DNA of 63,067 nucleotides, the filler included, from Rhabdomonas costata (taxonomy: Eukaryota): the NCBI GenBank assembly GCA_019059605.1. It is 45 parts of 45 records of this genome, joined end to end, with 100 filler letters (N's around TTAATTAATTAA, not from the genome) between each part and the next. Parts side by side here need not be neighbours in the genome. Positions count along the whole stretch, not along the records: positions 49,135 to 50,438 come from JAHMHO010019993.1; positions 50,539 to 51,842 come from JAHMHO010019994.1; positions 51,943 to 53,246 come from JAHMHO010019995.1; positions 53,347 to 54,648 come from JAHMHO010019996.1; positions 54,749 to 56,051 come from JAHMHO010019997.1; positions 56,152 to 57,454 come from JAHMHO010019998.1; positions 57,555 to 58,857 come from JAHMHO010019999.1; positions 58,958 to 60,261 come from JAHMHO010020000.1; 37 more parts are not named here. The stretch is one strand, 5' to 3'. The notes beneath the pieces are model-generated. The model did no database searches and was not told the origin of the DNA. It saw only the letters and a program-made list of their open reading frames with translations. Shown piece by piece: positions 50,421 through 61,423 of the stretch. The stretch's first letter is position 1, and every line of letters starts with the position of its first letter. Both the position numbers and the translations under genes were made by a program.

Positions 50421-52574
50421 GCACCCTATTCCCTTACTNNNNNNNNNNNNNNNNNNNNNNNNNNNNNNNNNNNNNNNNNNNNTTAATTAATTAANNNNNN
50501 NNNNNNNNNNNNNNNNNNNNNNNNNNNNNNNNNNNNNNGGGGGGTTGGGATCCATTTCGTTGCGAATTTTTGAAGAAAAGCGAGGTATTTTTCTTTTTTT
50601 GTTTTGCTTAGCCACTTTGAGGTTTACACTCAGTGGGGGCTTACACTCAGGTGTGGGCCAACGCTTCTCACCTGGAGCTGTGTGGTGTCCTGCCTGTGGA
50701 CAATTTGTCACCGCATTCTTTCCGACCTCACTCACTCCGCATTTAAAGCTGAAGTTTTGCGGACTGGTGGGACAGCTTTCAATTTTTGACCGGACGCAGC
50801 ACCGCGGAAAGTGAATCGGCGGCAAACGTCTGGCGCACAATTTTCAAGCAAATTGCCCCCGACGTGCGCTGTTTTTTTAGGGAGATTATTCAGGAGCAGT
50901 ACGGGAAGAAGTTCCGCAAGCACGCCTGCCCTGAGGTAAGCCCCCTACGCGCGCCAGTACTGCTCTTTTTCCTTCTCATTGCTCGCGGATGGCTGCCTTT
51001 CATAGTAGTCTTGGTGGAAGGTTGAATCAATCTGCCTTGTACACCGCCGGACTCGGCCATAATGCTGCGTTTCGCGCCTGATAGGCCGGGGTCCGTCTTG
51101 ACATCATCCTTCCCAGTCGGAAACGCCGAGGCTAGAGAAGCCAGTGGCGGATCTACAACAATCTTATCTCATAAATAGTGCGGCTCATCCTTTCCAGCGA
51201 TTGGTGTTTTTTGAAGTTACAAGCAGCAGGTCTTCGCGCTCGCCCTCTGCCATATTTATTCATTTCTCCCCTCAGTATCCCCCAACTTTCGTCGAGCTCC
51301 CTTGCAATCTATTTTCTTGCTTGTTCCTTTCTTGGTTCCATTGTCTCTTTTCAAATTTCTGCTCTTTTGTGTTGCATTGCGTTTTTTCCAGCCAAATCTT
51401 GCGATCCTCCATCTTTTTTTTTGCACAGCTGAACCCCACCGAGGAGATGTTCTTCCACCAGTGTGTGTCTGACTCGCCTTTGCGCCTCTTCGATGGGTTT
51501 TGCGAAGGGCATTCGACACCATGCTTGGGAACGATTTTTTTTCTGGAACTACTAGTTTGAAACTATTGTGGTTAGTCTTGAGGTCAGCCCTCCAGCCCTT
51601 GAATACCCTTGAGGCTGTCAGACCTGTCGCTTAAACGAGTGCGCTCAAAGCAGTGCCCCGCCGCAAGTGATGTCTCGAAAGTGGCCTTTCGGTTTCCTTC
51701 GAGATTGGTGTCAACACGGCCCCAACACCAGCACTGCGGACGCGAATGCTCAGTCTTGCCTCTGGATAAAATGCGGGGTGGGGGCTTCCATCGCAGCGTT
51801 GTCCCCAGCACCCTGGGGGCCTACAAGCGGATCCCAACAACANNNNNNNNNNNNNNNNNNNNNNNNNNNNNNNNNNNNNNNNNNNNTTAATTAATTAANN
51901 NNNNNNNNNNNNNNNNNNNNNNNNNNNNNNNNNNNNNNNNNNGGTGTGTGGAAGATTGACTCTTCCGCGAATTTTTGCGCAGCCATGACTCTGCTGGAGC
52001 ACTCGAAACACTGATCATCAACGGCGCTTCGGAAAATGGAACTCGTCCATTTGTACAATTGTTTTTTTTTGGGGGGGGGTTAATCGTATAACGCCGTCGT
52101 TAAACGTTTTTGGGCTTTTTGTATCGCTTGGGACAACACTGGTGTTGGAAACAAGCCCACCGCACACAGGTTTTCTTGAAAGATTTTCTTTTTCATGAAA
52201 ATCACGGCAGTAATGCAGGGTATCAGCGCAGACAAAGGCAGAAGTGTGGTGATACACAGTTGCACCAATGGGCATGTTTCAAAAGACAAAAGAAAAGGAT
52301 GAGAATAGCGCAGCGAAGAAAGGGGGGCCATACGGGCCATACGGGCCGTATCCATCTAGGCGAGGGGAGACTTACAGCTCGAGATCCTCCAGCACGCCTA
52401 TATTACCTTTTTCAAAATGTCATATACCCCCAGCCCTCCATAATCCCGGCGCTGAGCGTAAACGGCATTCCCCTCTCTCAAGTTGCTTCGTGTAGTCCTT
52501 CCGTGCCGTTTTCCATTTCGCTCTGTTATTGGGCCGTGCCTCGATTTGGTGAGTGCTCAGGAAGGGGCAAAAAA

Positions 52575-52865
52575 ATGACCGAGCTTCCCAACACCCATGG
52601 CATTGGCACTTACTTTGGCAGTGGGGAGATCATACCCAACCCCGCGGACACCCCTTCATGGTTCCAGGCTCGTGTGGCGCAACAGCAGGCTCAGGTTTGC
52701 GTGGCAGAGCTGGAGAAGGCACAGCAGTGCATCCGGAAGCACCGGCTGCAGCAGGTGGAGTGCTACATCGCTCTGGAGGCCTACCAGAAGTGCCGCGAGC
52801 TGTCTTTTCTGGGCCCACGGGTGGAACCGCAGAACGCTGGCGAGGGAAGTGGACAGGAACGGTAG
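52575..52865 (+). CDS. Small twin-CX9C (CHCH-type) protein, 96 aa, probably mitochondrial intermembrane space
   Basis: C-VAELEKAQQ-C and C-YIALEAYQK-C; CAG 15 nt upstream of ATG; complete single exon. Confidence 0.7.
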   Translation: MTELPNTHGIGTYFGSGEIIPNPADTPSWFQARVAQQQAQVCVAELEKAQQCIRKHRLQQVECYIALEAYQKCRELSFLGPRVEPQNAGEGSGQER

Positions 52866-55800
52866 CCTTTGTGAAGACAATGGAAACAGCTTCAATGGTC
52901 CCGTGCTGACAGTGGTGCTGCTGTAGCTGCTACCTGCCCTCGCATTCGCACCGCACGTTCCATGGTGACCAATTGATCGCTTTAGAATTGGGCGGACATA
53001 GAGAGGAGATCATTCTACTTTGTCGGCTTCAATCGCAGCAGCAGAGTACAGCGTTTTGGAGGAGCTCCAAGTCTGTTGCTCAAGCACTTGTGGCGCTTGT
53101 GTTTCAGTCCACACCTGCTTTTCCACACTTGGTCGGTCACTTTTTTGTTGTTCGTCTTTCCTTTCAGTTTGGTCGAGGCTTCCAATTCTTTTCCTGCGGT
53201 TGCTGCGTTGGTGCGTGGCTGTTTGTCAAATGCCTACCCACAAAAANNNNNNNNNNNNNNNNNNNNNNNNNNNNNNNNNNNNNNNNNNNNTTAATTAATT
53301 AANNNNNNNNNNNNNNNNNNNNNNNNNNNNNNNNNNNNNNNNNNNNATAAAGGAGAACGCCCATTTGTGGTGGGGATTGTATAGGGGAGAGAAGCGATCC
53401 GAGGGTTTGTGCGGCGGACGACGCCGGAATCGAGAAGCTGAGGAATATAATGGGCCTCTCTCTCCCCAAGTTCCTTGCCTCATCGAGTGCGCGCCATCGT
53501 CACCTCACTGTTGCCCGAAACCCTTACCTTCGCAGCTTGGGAGCTTTTACAGACAAGAACTTGGCAGGCTGTATTGCTCATTCCTTCTCTCCCCGTGCCA
53601 ATCGCATCCCCAATCTGTACGGGCCTGTCCCCTCCGTCCGCCGCCCCGTCCTCCTTGCTGCTCTGCTCTGCTCTGCTCTGCTCTCTCCCCCACTCTGTGT
53701 GTGTGGAGAATCTCCATGTTGGGAGGGTTGTTGGGACTGCCTCTTACTTTGTACTGTTTTCTTTTTCTTTTCACTCGTCACTTGGAGGCGCTGCGACTTC
53801 TCCAGAGGATTGGGAGGAGAAGGACTTCTCCAGGGGATGGAGGAAACGCGTCGTTGCGCATTTCACTACAGTCTTCTGCGGAGATAGATTGTAATTCCGC
53901 AACCCCAAATCAAATGAACATTCTTTCCAAAATGCCGCGACCCCCTGCTGTTCTCTCCTTAACTGCAAGAAGGCGTGCAAAATGGTGAACCCAACAGAAT
54001 GCAAGGAGAACAAGGACACCAGATTCTCTCCAAAATCTCACAAGCATGCGCATAGGATGCGTAAGGCTAGTAACATCCCGAAAACGGAATTTTTAGTATG
54101 TGACATTTTCGAACCGAAGTCTTTTTACCCTATATTTATGGGGGTGGTCCTTCGCGGCATTCTGTGTTGTGCTGTGGTTAAAACTCTCAGTTTACGGTGC
54201 AGCCTGCTTTATTAGTATCGCGTCGTTCACCAGTAGAATTTTCATCTGGTTAAAACGTCACAGTTCAACCACCAGGCGGTTTGCCACATCTCAGATTAAC
54301 GTGTGCCACAAGGTTTCTTTCCGTTGGTTACACTATCGGAGGCAATTCCTTCGGCCTTCACCCAAAAATTTCAACACCTCACCCATACATAGTACACTGT
54401 TGGTTAGTTGGGAGGGGGGCGTCCTTACTCCAACATTCAGCTGCAGATTTTTTTCCTCTACTTTTTCAATCACCCTATTGTGATATCCCAAAACAATGCT
54501 CTCGCCTGGCCCTTTGCTTGCGAGGGACCCCTTCGCGGAGATGCACCGCATGGTGGCCAGGATGGCGCGGGCGCAGGAGGCCAACTTAGCCGACCTGCAT
54601 GAGCACAGATCCGGGCTCCTTCCTGCGCGTATGTGCAACCACCCAACCNNNNNNNNNNNNNNNNNNNNNNNNNNNNNNNNNNNNNNNNNNNNTTAATTAA
54701 TTAANNNNNNNNNNNNNNNNNNNNNNNNNNNNNNNNNNNNNNNNNNNNTGTTGGGGGGGCACGGAAGTTGGGTGTGGTACGATGTGCGTCTTCGTTTTGG
54801 AGCCCCTGAGTTATAGTTTTCCCTTGCTGCTGTATCACCATCTTTCATTTTGCGCAGGCTTCACTTTCCTGCGTTTGCTAAACCGCTCCCATAACGTTGT
54901 CTTCTGATTCAGTGAGTTCCCTCTTCCCACCGCCCTGCCTCTTGCCTCACTCAGGGTGACTCCCCTCCCCCTGTCGCTGTGGGCTCTGGGGTGTCCCAGC
55001 CCGGCAACCTGCCCGTTGCTGGGGCGGCAGCGGAGCCTCCCCTTCCGCAACACAGGGCGGTGGGGTTCTGCCCCGTGCTGGCCGCGGACATTGTTACCAC
55101 CACCGAGGGCAGCGAGGGCAGTGACGGCGGGACGGTAACTGGGGGGCAGAAGAGTGGCTCCGAGGAGGGGGGCCCCCAAGGGTTCAGTGACGGCGAGGAT
55201 CAGCGCAGCGGCGGAGAGACCCGTCCACCAGGCTCACCGAGGAATGGAGAGGGCACGCTGGGACCCTCGGTGGCAGCGAAGGTGAGGCACCTTTTTCTGC
55301 CTGCTCTACAAGGGAAGGACCAGCAGCTCCAGTTACACAGAAATCGAAGCGAAGGGGGGCATAAGGCTCTTGCCTGACCCGCTGTCCAACATAGGAAAAT
55401 CCCTTGGATCTTGGGCCGCCCCGCAGCGCTCCGCGGCCCAAGATCATTCTGGAAAGAAGCCCAAAGACCCTGGCATCACCACCTAATCCCCTGCACACTC
55501 TGAAAGAGGCCCATTAATGCACCACTTCGCAGGCCCAATTTTTGGTTTTAAGACAGTGGCATTGAGAAAAAAAGGCCAAGGGGCCCCTGCTAACCTATCT
55601 AGGACAGCAGAGGAGGGAGGCTTTTGTTTGCCACAAAAGTCAGGCAAACCGGAATCCGGCTTGTGCACGCAAGCCTTGCGCTCACTGATCTTTCAAAATG
55701 GTGAATTGTGAAAGGTCACGTTAGCCACAGCAAATGTTCATCGTCCAATGGTCCACGTGACAGAGAAGAACAGAAACAGAGAGAGGTGCGAAGGTGTTGT

Positions 55801-56355
55801 GTTCAGAAGAAAAAAGAGCACGGAAAGCTGGTTTGCTGCAGGATGCTGAATGAATGCTTTTTGTGCGGATCCGTTCCAAATTGTGCGCGTACTCACTCAC
55901 ACATTCACGCGCACGTTCTCGCGAATTTTTGACAACAGCGCCGGAACAGTTGCGTCGGAAACGCCGGAAACAGTGAGGTGCGGATCTCGCACCGGCTGCA
56001 GTCCTTCGCTGAGGCCGACCCCCTTCCCCGGGAGTTCGTGTCCTACACCAANNNNNNNNNNNNNNNNNNNNNNNNNNNNNNNNNNNNNNNNNNNNTTAAT
56101 TAATTAANNNNNNNNNNNNNNNNNNNNNNNNNNNNNNNNNNNNNNNNNNNNTTGCCAGCCCGTGGGCTTGTGTCTCCGCGATGCTCAATCATCCTGTGTT
56201 AATTAACAGCCGACTGAAAAGAACCCAATTACAACCGTCCCTCTTCTGGCAACTGCCTCTCCTCCTGGGGGTGGGGGGTTAAGGGTGCTGTCAAACGCAT
56301 GTTCGATGCACGGGAGGGAATACACAGTGCAACGTTTTTCTCTCACATCTCACAG

Positions 56356-57299
56356 GAATCCACTGGGTTCCGGGCCCTGGCGAAAAGGGACCAGAGCAAG
56401 CTTTTCAACGGCTTTGGCCTGGCCAGCTTGGAGCACAACATCGCCAGCCTGACCAGCGCCGAGGTCACCGTGGAGAACAAACTGGAAGTGATGCGCACCC
56501 TCCTGGCGCACCTGGCGAAAGCAGGTCCGTGGGTCCCCTTCTGTCGCAGTTCTCTTGTTCGCAGAACTGGAGAGGGGAGAGGGGTAGTGGGCTTGCCCCA
56601 ACAAACCCACACATTTGGTGCGACGTTGAATCCCTTGTAAGGCGCATCTTCTGTTATGATATGTCTAACATGCTTAATGCAATGTCTATGTGTGGGGAGT
56701 AGTATATTTTGGCACGCGTCTTCTTGGCAATGATGAAGGCATGTTCTTTACCCTGAGCCCCGAGCAATCTCTTCTTTAATTGCGTAATGATGTGCGTGAT
56801 GACACCGTGTTTGGGGGAGCCTCCCCATATACACACTACTTGTTTGCGTTTGCCTTTTTGTGGCATCCCGGTGAGGTTGCGACCGAGCGCAGGAACAATG
56901 GGGGCGAAACACCAGAGGACGAGGTCGAACTTTATTGTCGTGCATTCTTGGTGTCGGTGGGACAAGGGACAGAAACCGCATGACACTTCCCGCTTCCGTC
57001 GTGTGCAAGTTCTGCTCAGTCACGTTGAGTGAAGTATCGAGCAACGCATTCCATATGCACCGAGATGCACATTCAGCACCTCATCGTGGCGTTATTGCCC
57101 CCCTGTCAGAGACCAAGCTGCGGTGCCTGAAGTTCGGCATCGTCGCCAGCCTGAAGTGGCTCGTGGACGCCAACCTGGGCCCCACCATGGACGAGCTGTC
57201 ATGCCTAGCGCTGCGCTCCCTGGCCGCTGTGCCGAACTCTATGCTGGCTGTGTACCACGGCCATGCCGTCCCCAGCATCCTGACCGTCCTGCAGGGCAG
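56356..57299 (+). CDS. Armadillo/HEAT-repeat protein, possibly radial spoke RSPH14-like; exons 56356-56524 and 57110-~57299
   Basis: A phase-1 GT-AG intron joins ...LLAHLAKA|ETKLRCLKFGIVASLKWLV...LSCLALRSLA...AVPSILTVL, a helical repeat pattern. Confidence 0.55.
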
Positions 57300-57554
57300 G
57301 TCCGCTCCCCGCAGCTTTTTTGGACCTTTCTGTTGCAGTGCTCATGGTATTAGCAATCATTCGCAGAATCGAGCGAACGAAAAACAATCGTTTTGTTGCG
57401 TATCAACCCGGCAAAAAACCTTTCCGCTCACAGGTGGGCGTTACCACCCCCACCNNNNNNNNNNNNNNNNNNNNNNNNNNNNNNNNNNNNNNNNNNNNTT
57501 AATTAATTAANNNNNNNNNNNNNNNNNNNNNNNNNNNNNNNNNNNNNNNNNNNN

Positions 57555-58857
57555 GGGACCCAGTTTGAGCATAGATACTGCCTGCTCTTCCTCCCTGGTT
57601 GCTGCTGACGTCGCCTCTCGATCGTTACAACGCGACTCCGAATGTACGCAGGCTTTGGTCGGAGGTGTCAACCTCGTGCTTTCCTCTCGGAGCTATGTGA
57701 ATTTCTGTGCAGCGAGAATGCTCAGCGATCGATGCCGGACCTTTGACAGCTCTGCAAACGGTTTCGCTCGGGCTGAAGGCTGCGGTGCTGTAGTTATGGC
57801 GGTTGCCTCCGTGAGCGAGAAGAGCCTTGCTTTAGCTACATGGGAAGGTTCTGCAACCAACCAGGATGGCCGCACTGCAACGCTAACCGCTCCAAATAGA
57901 CCTGCTCAGGAAGAGGTCATCCAATCCGCGATGCGGAGAGCTGCCATGCTTCCAGACGAAGTCTGCTATGTTGAGACACATGGGACCGGAACAGCGTTGG
58001 GTGACCCAATAGAAACCGGAGCTTTGAAGCGTGTCTTTGGTGGTCGCTCTTTTCCATTAGTTCTGGGGGCAGTGAAGACCAATATAGGTCACGCTGAAGG
58101 GGCGGCAGGAATCGTTGGTCTTGTGAAGGTCATTCTGGTTTTGCAGCATGCAAAAGTTCCCCCGAATCTTTCTTTGGCACTTTTGAACCCTCACATTGAG
58201 GCAGAAGCTTTTTCGGTAGTATTCCCTACTGAAGTTGTCGCGTTCTCTTCCATGAGCACAAGTGATATGCGTTGTGGCTCGGTAAGTTCCTTTGGGTTTG
58301 GAGGCACAAACGCACATGTTGTACTTGGTAAAGTTTCTCCTTCGGACACAGACAAATCCCAGCCTGGACGTCTGTCAGCCAAAGCGATTCCAACGGCAAT
58401 GTTGTGCGTCGGAGATCCCATGCTTTCTTTCCGGAAGGAGGCCGAGAAACTTTATCAACATGAAAGTGCTTTCCGGGATGCCGTGGATTTCTGTCTGGAG
58501 ACGCTTGTGCTTCTTTTGCCATGTCAGAGTCTTCCAGTCTCAGCTTTGTGGGAACGCGCGGAAGAATCTATTGCAACCTCGTTTATTCTGGAATTCGCAT
58601 ACGCCCGAGCCTTGCAAGCACATGGTTTTGAGTTTTCTCACGTTGCCGGCTGTGGTCGTGGCATCGCGGCAGCTTTCTGCATATCTGGAGCTTTATCTAC
58701 CGAGGATGGAATTTTGGCCGCCACCGAGCTGGCCCGACTGGCGGAGCAGCAACACTGTGACGTTCGCCTTATACCCAACAAGTGGTTTGAGGAAATATTT
58801 TTCTGCTACCTGGACCACTTGAACGTGAGGCCCCAAACAAAGCTAATACCCAACACC
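57555..58857 (+). CDS. Type I polyketide synthase fragment: ketosynthase C-terminal half plus start of a degenerate acyltransferase
   Basis: GPSLSIDTACSSSL, ETHGTGTALGDPIE, KTNIGHAEGAAG, VSSFGFGGTNAHVVL; AT-like LYQHESAFRDAVDFC...VAGCGRG; open at both contig ends, no introns. Confidence 0.95.
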
Positions 58858-60520
58858 NNNNNNNNNNNNNNNNNNNNNNNNNNNNNNNNNNNNNNNNNNN
58901 NTTAATTAATTAANNNNNNNNNNNNNNNNNNNNNNNNNNNNNNNNNNNNNNNNNNNNGTTGTGTTGGAGGCCACATGGAAGAGGAATGCGTGCACACGAT
59001 CCGACTGCAGCGATTGGTGCAGTCGGGCATCCACAGCGTTTTCCAGAGTTGTCACTGGTGACAGAGACGATGAGTCCGAGATTTCAGAGTATTTTCACAG
59101 ACAAGGCCTCAGCTGATGCAGGCCGAGAAGACAGTGTGGTGTGTTACACAGCGGCAGTTTGAAAGGTTATGTTCCATTCTTTTGTCTAGGATTTCAAAAT
59201 TTACGTTATGTGTTGAATAAATACAAAACGTCGTCAGGTGGATTGTTTTTCAGAGTTTTCTTCTCTTTGGTTTTCGCCTTTTGTTTTACAGAGGTGCCCT
59301 ATAATTACCACAGCAGATTTGCAGGCCATAGCCGAGCGGAGGCCAGTGGGGACATGCAGAGGGTAAAGATGGCGGTGGGTTTGCATAGTGTGTGTGGTGG
59401 GAACTATGTATAGTTACACCGTACAGGGAGTTTGCAGTCGTTTTCACCTTCCACATCCTTCGCTTTGGTTGGTATATCTGGGAAAGGCATAAGCGTGGAG
59501 ACCAATCCATCGAAACCACTCCAAAAACACAGAATGTGTGATCCCTAAGGCCCTACAATTCGACCCCACCGTTGCCCAGAGCAGCCTTCCAGAGCCACAC
59601 GTGCGTCTCACCCCCATACTTTCCGTCATTTGCAGAAGCTGTGCCCCAAAAGGTTTCCAGATTCCAAAACAGCTTGGTTAATTCAAGTGGTCGGCGCCTC
59701 ACCATTTCGAAAATATGACGATGAAAGCAGCTCCAAAGCGACCCCCTGAAAGTAAAGCCACGGTCTAGATGCGAGTCACCTATGTTAGTCGAGGCAGCGC
59801 CCACCTTGAGCAACCAAGGTTGGGATACAGCCCAACGCGAGCAGGATCCAGAGGCATCACCACCTCCAGACGTAGGAGCCACGTAAATGTTCCCGCAATA
59901 TTTTTGGAGTGTGACACGTGGTAGCAGAGGAATAAGTCGAGAAAGCTCTCTGAGGCACTAGGAGCGCAGCTAAGTGTTGGAGTACCACGCATCACCTTGT
60001 GGCACGTGGTTACAGAGGAATTGTACTACCTGATATGGGAAGAGTGGGCAGTAAAGTAATCCAGTGACACGTGGTGCAGATTGATTCCAGTGTGCACCAG
60101 GAAAGATCCGACTTCGAATTTTCAGATCCGGAAAGAAGGTCTTGTGTGAAATAACTATCTACAGAGTGCGGCTAAGTTTCAGAGTTTGGCAGCAGGCGAA
60201 AAAGTACGCATAGTTCAGGGGACGGTTGATTTCATAGGGGTCGAGTTCATCTCATCCCACANNNNNNNNNNNNNNNNNNNNNNNNNNNNNNNNNNNNNNN
60301 NNNNNTTAATTAATTAANNNNNNNNNNNNNNNNNNNNNNNNNNNNNNNNNNNNNNNNNNNNGGGTGTGTGTGTGTGGCTTCTGCCATCACGGGGACGGGA
60401 GTTTTCTACGCTTAAATCTATGCGGAGCCGCACACCGCGTTTTCTTTCATGCATTTCGATGCATTTTCAAAGGGGAATGAAGAACGGGAGTGGAGGGGTG
60501 CCGGAAATCGTGAGCAACAC

Positions 60521-61423
60521 CTCGGGTTGGAGGGAGAACGCCCTGGAGTCCGATGATAGGCACTGGTACAGCAGTGAGAAGACCGCCAAAAGGGACCACG
60601 CTACCACCTGAAACAGGAAGAATGGGTGCAGGGTGAGGGAGAAGACGAAAGCGATGCAGGTTGTTGACAGAAAATCCCTTGTTGGGCAGCTTTTGCACCT
60701 GTCAATGCGTGTTAGGAAGCAAGCTGTGCTCGGGGTACCTGAAAACTGAGGCCCTTCTCCTCGTTGCCGCTCCAAAATGGGTTGCACTCGGTGGAGGAGG
60801 ACCCACTCTGAGAAAAGAAAAAACGAATAAAAGGGTCGAGAGCGCAAGTGATACAATGGCTGAGAATCGGGGATTCAGACCTGGGACCAGCACGGCAGAC
60901 GTGACCCAACGCCAAGAACAGGTGCATTGAATGCAAGAGGATATGCGCAGGTGATGGTAACGAAGGTGGCACTGGTGGTGGTAGTGGAGGTACGGGCGAA
61001 CGTCACGGGAAGGGAGGGACACCACCGTGGCACTGGGAAAGGTAGAGCTGAGCGGCAAACCTGGATGGCTCCGTAGCACTGGATCACAGTGTACAGGAAG
61101 ATCACTGAGGCGGGCAGAATTGAGGCATGCTCCAGCCTTGGGATGCAGAAGAGAACAAAGCATAATATCGCAGGGAGCGATGGCAATCAATCAACTTTCT
61201 GCTCTACAGGAAACCCGAAGCACCCGATAGCAAGTTCGAGGGAAAAGATCAAAAGAAAAGCCCCCTGAAAAAGTAGCAGAAAATCAGTGCCTGAAAGCGG
61301 CCAGGCTGTAGATTATGCCCGCAATGACTGTGATGTTGAGGAAGGTGTAGTTGCGGTCGCACCCATCCCCGGTGAACCAGTGGTACATAAATCCCAGCAG
61401 CACTCCACTGCCAACGTACATCG
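60521..61423 (-). CDS. SERINC: Serine incorporator (Serinc/TMS family); exons 61423-61291, 61136-61061, 60807-60739, 60607-60521
   Basis: MYHWFTGDGCDRNYTFLNIT...AAFR|LEHASILPASVIFLYTVIQCYGAIQ|SGSSSTECNPF...|VVAWSLLAVFSLLY; one GC-AG and two GT-AG introns keep the frame. Confidence 0.85.

Noticed and set aside
59905-60085. CRISPR-like array
   Set aside because: Only three short, unequal motifs with irregular spacing, no cas genes, and a eukaryotic context.
56152-60261. PKS gene cluster with neighbouring genes
   Set aside because: The neighbours are unrelated contigs placed by size; there is no synteny across spacers.
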